A stretch of DNA of 64,000 nt from Eledone cirrhosa (Eukaryota): assembly GCA_964016885.1 (NCBI GenBank), contig OZ024741.1:202058001-202122000 (forward strand). The letters run 5' to 3'. Shown piece after piece: positions 57,901 through 64,000 of the stretch. Both the position numbers and the translations under genes were made by a program. Numbering within the stretch: position 1 is the stretch's first letter; each line of letters opens with the position of its first letter. The notes under the pieces were generated by a model, which did no database searches, was not told the origin of the DNA, and worked only from the letters and a program-made list of their open reading frames with translations.

Positions 57901-60325
57901 TTTGGATGTCAACAAAGATTAACTCCATCAACATTGACAGGCTTATCTCCGCAGAACTCCCCAACCCCTCTGTTGACAAAGACCTCTTTGACATAGTGCG
58001 GGCAAACATGGTTCATGGTCCATGCATGCATGGATTTAACCTACACTCACCATGCTTGAGAGATTCGGTTTGCAGGCAAAAATTTTCCGAACCAGTTTCT
58101 TCGAGAGACCCAGACCGGCAAAGATGGATACCCACTGTACAGACGAAGAAAGCCGGAAGATGGCGGATTTACAGTGCACATCGGGCCATACGAAGTAGAC
58201 AACAGGTGGATAGTGCCATACTGCCCTATTCTGACCAAGGCGTTCAACGTAGAGTTTTGCAACTCTGTGAAGTCCATCAAATATGTCTGCAAGTACATCA
58301 ATAAGGGCTCAGAGGCTGCTATGTTTGGCCTGCAGCAAGACGGCAATCGGGACGAAGTTACACAGTACCAAGTGGGTAGGTACATAAGCAGTAACGAGGC
58401 ATTCTGGCGCATTTTCGGTTTCCCCTTGCATCAAAGGCACCCACCTATCCAACAACTTGCTGTTCACCTTGAAAACGGTCAATCCGTATACTTCACTGCT
58501 TTCACTGCTGCTCGATTGGTCGAGGAACCGAAGGACACTACCCTCACTGCCTTCTTTAACCTTTGTCAAGTCGATCCATTCGCCCAAACCTTGCTGTATC
58601 CACAGGTGCCGTCCTATTACATCTGGGAAAAAAAGAAATGGCAACAGAGGAAGAAGGGTCAAAACGTTGATGGATACCCTGCCATTAAATTAGACAGTTG
58701 CCTCGGGAGGGTTTACACAGTTCATCCAAGTCAACAAGAGTGTTTCTACCTTCGTCTGCTACTTCATGAGGTTAGGGGACCAACATCTTACCAACATTTG
58801 AAAACAGTCAACGGTCGGCTTTGCGTTACTTTCAGAGAGGCCTGCTTAAGACATGGACTGTTAAAAGACTGCGCACAGTGGGATGTTACGCTCGCGGAGG
58901 CTGTCATTTCACAGTTACCGAAAAGTCTTAGGGCTCTCTTTGCAGTGCTTCTGCACATTTGCGAAGTCTCAGATCTCGTCTCTCTGTGATTGAAGTATAG
59001 AGATGCCCTGGTGGAAGACTTTTACAACCAAGAACAATTGCGGTATCCTAGGCTTGATGCTGCCAGTGACGACGTCTACAACTGTGCTTTGATTGACGTG
59101 GAAAACAGGACTGTTTCACTGGGTGGGAATACTTTGCCAACGTACGAGCTGCCACAACCACTACAGACAGGGATGGATAACCTTCTGACAGAGCTCATTC
59201 TCGAAACAGCCTATGATATTGACGCTCTTGCCTAATACGTCCGTGAAACAGAGCCAAAACACCTTCCGGGACAGCAGCAGGCCTACAACACTATTTTCGA
59301 CCATATGCGAAACCGGAAAGGGGGAATCTTCCTAGATGCACCTGGAGGGACAGGAAAAACGTTTCTAACTAAGCTTCTTCTAGCCAAAGTGAAGCAGCAC
59401 AAGGACATCACGTTAGCCGTGGTATCCTCTGGTATTGCTGCAACTTTGTTACCCGGCGGTAGGACAGCGCACTCAGCCTTTAAGCTCCCCTTGAACTTGG
59501 CGACATCCGAAACACCATCCTGCAACATTAGCAAAACTTCGGACAAGGGACTGGTTCTCCGAAGGTGTCAGCTCATAGTGTGGGATGAATGTACCATGGC
59601 CCATAAACGAGCTCTGGAAGCACTAGACACTACTTTGCAAGACATCAGAGACTGCCAGACTGCGATGGGAGGTGTCACCCTTCTCCTATCCGGGGACTTC
59701 CGAAAGACCCTTCCCGTTATTCCCAAGGGAACCAGTGCAGATGAAGTCCGGGCGTGCCTCAAGTCCTCTCCGTTGTGGCAAAAGGTAACAACGTTGACCC
59801 TGACAACTAACATGAGAGCCCAACTGCACGGCGACCAACTGGCTGCAGAGTTTGCTTCTGATATTTTGTCACTTGGTGATGGCAAGATCACCCTCAATGG
59901 AGATGGCGAATTGTCACTCAGTCCAATTTGTACCACTGTCAACACAGTCGAGGACCTCAAGTCTCGTGTTTCCCAGTCTTCCTGATAACTATCAAGATGT
60001 GAATTGGTTATGCAAAAGAGCTATTTTAGCTCCAAAATACATCCCAATGAACGCTATCAATGAGCAACTGTTGCAATCTCTTCCTGGAAGGCTGCATATT
60101 TACAAGTCCGTCGATACAGTCCCCGACCAAGACCAAGCGGTAAACTACCCTGTTGAATTCCTCAATTCGCTAGAACCTCCTGGACTGCCTCCTCATAGAC
60201 TGGGACTACAAATTGGAACTCCAATAATGCTTCTTAGGAATTTGGACCCTCCAAAACTTTGCAACGGCACACGTCTGGTTATAAAGAAGGTAATGCAGCA
60301 CGTCGTTGAAGCCACCATTATTTCA
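54988..60325 (+). mobile_element. Helitron (Rep-Pif1 helicase), degraded and 3'-truncated
   Basis: FQMTSFG, FKIQGQVYHRIG, ILPSTFIGGPRYM, HUH motif VEWQKMGLPHAHILIW, MVHGPC, SIKYVCKYINKG, ECFYLRLLL, LDAPGGTGKTF, IVWDECTM, SGDFR, PIMLLRNLDPPKLCNGTRL. ORF from 56052. The 5' TC at 54988 is tentative. Confidence 0.93.
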
Positions 60326-61769
60326 GACTTTGTGTTCAGTGTCAGAAGGCAAAAATTCACCATCAAGTCAGAACTCCTCTGGGAACCTTCGCAACACCAG
60401 ATGCACATTTCCAACACGCACACATCATCAGACCACTACCTCCTTCTCAGGGTTGCACTCACCTTTTGAACTGTGTGGACAGATTCTCCCGGTGGCCTGA
60501 GGCCATTCCTCTTTCCGACACCACAACCGAATCTATTGCCAAGGCACTACTACAGCATTGGATTTCGCGTTATGGCACACCTTCTACCATAACAACGAAC
60601 AGAGGCGGCCAGTTCGAATCAAACCTTTTTAAAGAATTGACATGCCTCCTAAGTTGTAGCCGGACATGTACAACGGCTTATCACCCTGCAGCTAATGGTA
60701 TGGTGGAACGTTTCCACCGGCAATTAAAATCGGCTCTCAGAGCCTATGTCAACAACAGCAACTGGTTGGAGATCTTACTCCTCATCCTTCTTGGAATTCG
60801 CTCCACCATAACAGGACTTGGTTTTCGGCCAGCTGAGCTGGTTTATGGCACAACATTGGTTTTACCCGGGCAAATGATTGCTACCGAGTCTCAGCACCTC
60901 ACGGATCCAATGGACTATATCCATCACCTGTGGACCTACATGACAAACCTGCAATCCATTGCCCCTCACTCTCAAAGCATCACTACTCAAGTTCCATTCA
61001 ACATACAGCAATGGACACACGTTTTTGTCAGAAAGGACACTACCAGAGCTCCTTTGCAACCACCATACTCGGGGCCCTACCAAGTACTCTAAGATTTTGG
61101 ACATTAATGGAAAGAGGGATGATGTCAGTGTCGACCGGCTAAAAAAGTTCATGTGGATTTGGATGAACCCTCATCATCAGAACAAGGTTACCCAATATCA
61201 GCGCTCCCATCCACCGGCAATTCGAATTCTATGCAAACAACAAGCACTTGATCCGGTCTATGTGTGCTGGCCATCTTGTTATGCCCAATATGTTAAGTAA
61301 CATTCCTCATCTCATCTATAATTTGTTCATTTTCATTTAATTATGTATTTATTTTATCATTTTTACGTTGTTTTTTTTTGGGGGGGGGGGGGGGAGGGGG
61401 AGGGTGTCTCTTTCTACGAAGGAAGTATGTGACAGTTTTCAGTCCGAGGTCATTGGTTCTCTTTCTCGCTAAATTTTCAATTATCGATCGCTACTCCCAT
61501 TTCGATCTGGGCGGGGAACTAATGTAGCGAAAGAAAAGTTCCCACGGTTCCTCTCACTGACATGGCCAACTAAAATTGACCTTCACCCCACTTAGAGGAA
61601 AATACATGAAGAATCCGGATGCTAGGTTTAACAGCACCAAGGAAGGAGAAGATAGCGGGAGGCCATAGGTCAATATAAATAGGCTATCCTGAAATCCTGG
61701 GACAGAGAGAATTTTCTATCACCAAAATAAGACATCATCTTCCCTTGTCACTGGTCTTTTGATACTACA
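60326..61769 (+). mobile_element. Ty3/Gypsy LTR retrotransposon 3' fragment (integrase, PPT, 3' LTR)
   Basis: CVQCQKAK, VDRFSRWPEAIPL, WISRYGTP..ITTNRG.QF, TTAYHPAANGMVERFHRQLK, PAELVYG, GPY motif LQPPYSGPYQV, VSVDRLK. PPT gggcggggaa at ~61509-61518. Confidence 0.92.
61523..61769 (+). repeat. 3' LTR (247 bp)
   Basis: TGTAG...CTACA termini directly after the PPT, with internal TATAAATA at ~61674. No partner LTR in the window. Confidence 0.75.
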
Positions 61770-62354
61770 AACGAACGATAGCTTGATAGCTTACCACTCT
61801 CTATTTAAGCATAACGAAAAAAGAACAAAACATCTTCAACCTTTGTAGTAATCATATTCTTTTTTCCTTTATTCACAAAGGGAAGTAAATTTTATATTTA
61901 AACGAAACCACTTATTTTGTCGTGTTATTTCATCTCTAACAACACTTACTAATTTTGCTTCCCTTCAAACGTATATTTGTTAAGCCTCTCTGTCTATAAC
62001 ATGGCGTCTTTTTAAATGTAAACAAACTCTTTTGATTGTGAGCTGTAGAACCGTTTCGTGTGATTTTATAATGAGATATTTACTTAGAAATAATTGATTT
62101 TTATAAGACTCAATATGGGATGAAACGTTCGTAAATCAACGTATTTGGTAATTACTTTAATGAATAATTTGCTTCATGCACGATTGTTATTTTTAACACA
62201 ATAGGATTTTGTACACATGCTTGTTTGAAAAATCTTTCAAGGAAGCATGAAACAGCCTTTTGTACTGTTTATCATAATAAATTACAGTATTTTGAGCTGT
62301 TTTAACTTCTCCACCTACCTCCTTCCAATTTTTATATTGTTTTTGTAAAAAACG

Positions 62355-62358
<4 letters not shown>

Positions 62359-62408
<50 letters not shown>
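62359..62408. repeat. (TA)n microsatellite at the PLE 5' junction
   Basis: Directly visible. Confidence 0.95.
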
Positions 62409-62409
<1 letters not shown>

Positions 62410-62415
<6 letters not shown>

Positions 62416-64000
62416 GTGTAAACAACAAATTCGGTTTTAGAACTTGTAAAAACCCACCTACCAACCCACTATTAGATGCATTTGAGCAGGACCTTATGAA
62501 CTTAATCCTTAAAATTAAATTCAAAGGACGTAACACCAACAACAAATTACAGAAAGATATTAAAAAACTACTGGACGACCTTAAAAATACCAAAGGAATT
62601 GTAGTAAAAGCGGACAAAACATCAAACCTGTATACTATCGACTGCACTACATACAACAACTTCATTCGAAAAGAATTACATAAAAAATATAGAAAAACGA
62701 ATGAAGTAACTCTTAAGCACATCAATGATGAGGCATGCGAAATAGTGAAAAATCTCGGAATCGAAGATAGGACAGGACCACTCTTACCGGCGGTACCCAC
62801 CTTCAATCTTAAGGACCATAAGGTAAACTTTGATAATGACCCTAAAATTAGATTAATCTGCCCCTCTAAATCAGATATAGGTAAAATAAGCAAATATATC
62901 TTAGATAGAATCATCCCCCAAATTAAGGCTAAGGTTAACATTAAACTCTGGGGGAAGACCCAAGAAGCAATAAGATGGCTTAATAGCATTAGCAATAAGA
63001 ATAAATCTAAGTTTATCCAGTTTGATATCGACGAATATTACTCATCGATATCACCTGAAACTTTGAATAGAGCCATTAAGTTTGCTAAGGATAACTCTGA
63101 CCTTACAAACGATGAAATTAAGATTATATTAGAAGCTAGGAAAACTATAGTCAAATTTGAGAACAGTTATTGGGTACGTAAAGATAGACCCTCTAACTTT
63201 GACATAACAATGGGCTCTAACGATTCGGCGGAAATAACTGATATTGTGGGGTTATTTATCGCCTTTAGACTCCAGGAAAAATTCAGCAATCTCCACGGCG
63301 GAATATACCGCGACGATGTTCTCCTCCTAGTTAAAAACCTAAATAACCAAAAACTAGAAAAACTACGCAAAGATATAAGAAAACTACTACTCGAAATAGG
63401 ACTAACTATAACATATGAATACAACCTTAAAGTAGTTAACTTCCTGGATGTCACACTCAATTTAAACTCTGGTCTGATTAAACCGTTTCATAAATTGAAT
63501 GAAAATCTCAAATACGTAAATGTTGGGTCTAACCACCCCATCTCTATAATTAAATCTATCCCTAAAAATATTTCCCTTAGAATCTCGGGTCTATCTTCTA
63601 ACATACAAGTATTTAAGGAACACGCCGAGTACTACGATAACGCCCTTAGTAAAGCAGGCTACCTCAACAAAATAGAGTATATAGATGAGAACAATCAAAA
63701 CACCCAAAATAAATCCCACATGGACGAAAGGATACGTACACTTGAAAGAAAAATTTAAGTCTGAATGTTAATTAAGTGCAAACACAAAACCAACCACGCA
63801 TATCTATACTATCTCTAATCCTTCTATAGATTTAGAAAAATAACCAATAATATATTCTATAAAAATGTCAAAACAACAGATGGGAATCTAATTACTCACT
63901 GCCACCAAAAATTCTCACTGCTATCAAAAAAACCACTCCCTCAACTATTCTTCTAACAACTTCACCCCTCCCTCCTAATATTCTCTATAAAAACCAAACA
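62410..64000 (+). mobile_element. Penelope-like element, RT region (ORF 62496-63758), running off the window end
   Basis: KFGFRT, VKADKTSNLY, LKDHK.NF...PKIRLICPSKSDIGKISK.ILDRI, FIQFDIDEYYSSI, FDITMGSNDSAE, GGIYRDD, VNFLDVTLNL, YVNVGSNHP..IIKSIP. Confidence 0.93.

Noticed and set aside
56052-61300. Prokaryotic, phage or plasmid Rep-helicase-integrase module
   Set aside because: The motifs are specifically those of Helitron RepHel and Gypsy integrase, both pseudogenised, in a eukaryotic repeat context.

Overview
Eukaryotic, AT-rich, repeat-saturated animal DNA. The SINE/RTE repertoire, (ATG)n tails and long TA/GA microsatellites suggest a cephalopod such as Octopus (inference). Most of the window is nested transposon debris: three PHD-bearing RTE LINEs, two Expander-like RTE 3' ends, two Penelope-like elements (PLE), a piggyBac with intact TIRs and TTAA sites, a mariner MITE, tRNA-SINEs, a young L1/Tx1 LINE, a Helitron and a Gypsy integrase with its 3' LTR. 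Three short minus-strand exons with strong, phase-compatible splice sites (42577-42550, 11368-11237, 2760-2648) join into a peptide resembling an IL-17-receptor-type FnIII-like ectodomain. Between the first two lies a 27-kb array of an 18-bp unit (about 1,500 copies). On the gene's sense strand it reads (TTNTT[L/P/S])n, with an N-glycosylation sequon in nearly every unit, a signal-peptide-like or acceptor-like start, and 15 kb of frame-preserving indels. It may be a giant mucin-like exon or simply an intronic minisatellite; the sequence alone cannot decide. Several hammerhead-ribozyme motifs occur in PLE-derived repeats, one with an intact core (43395-43507).
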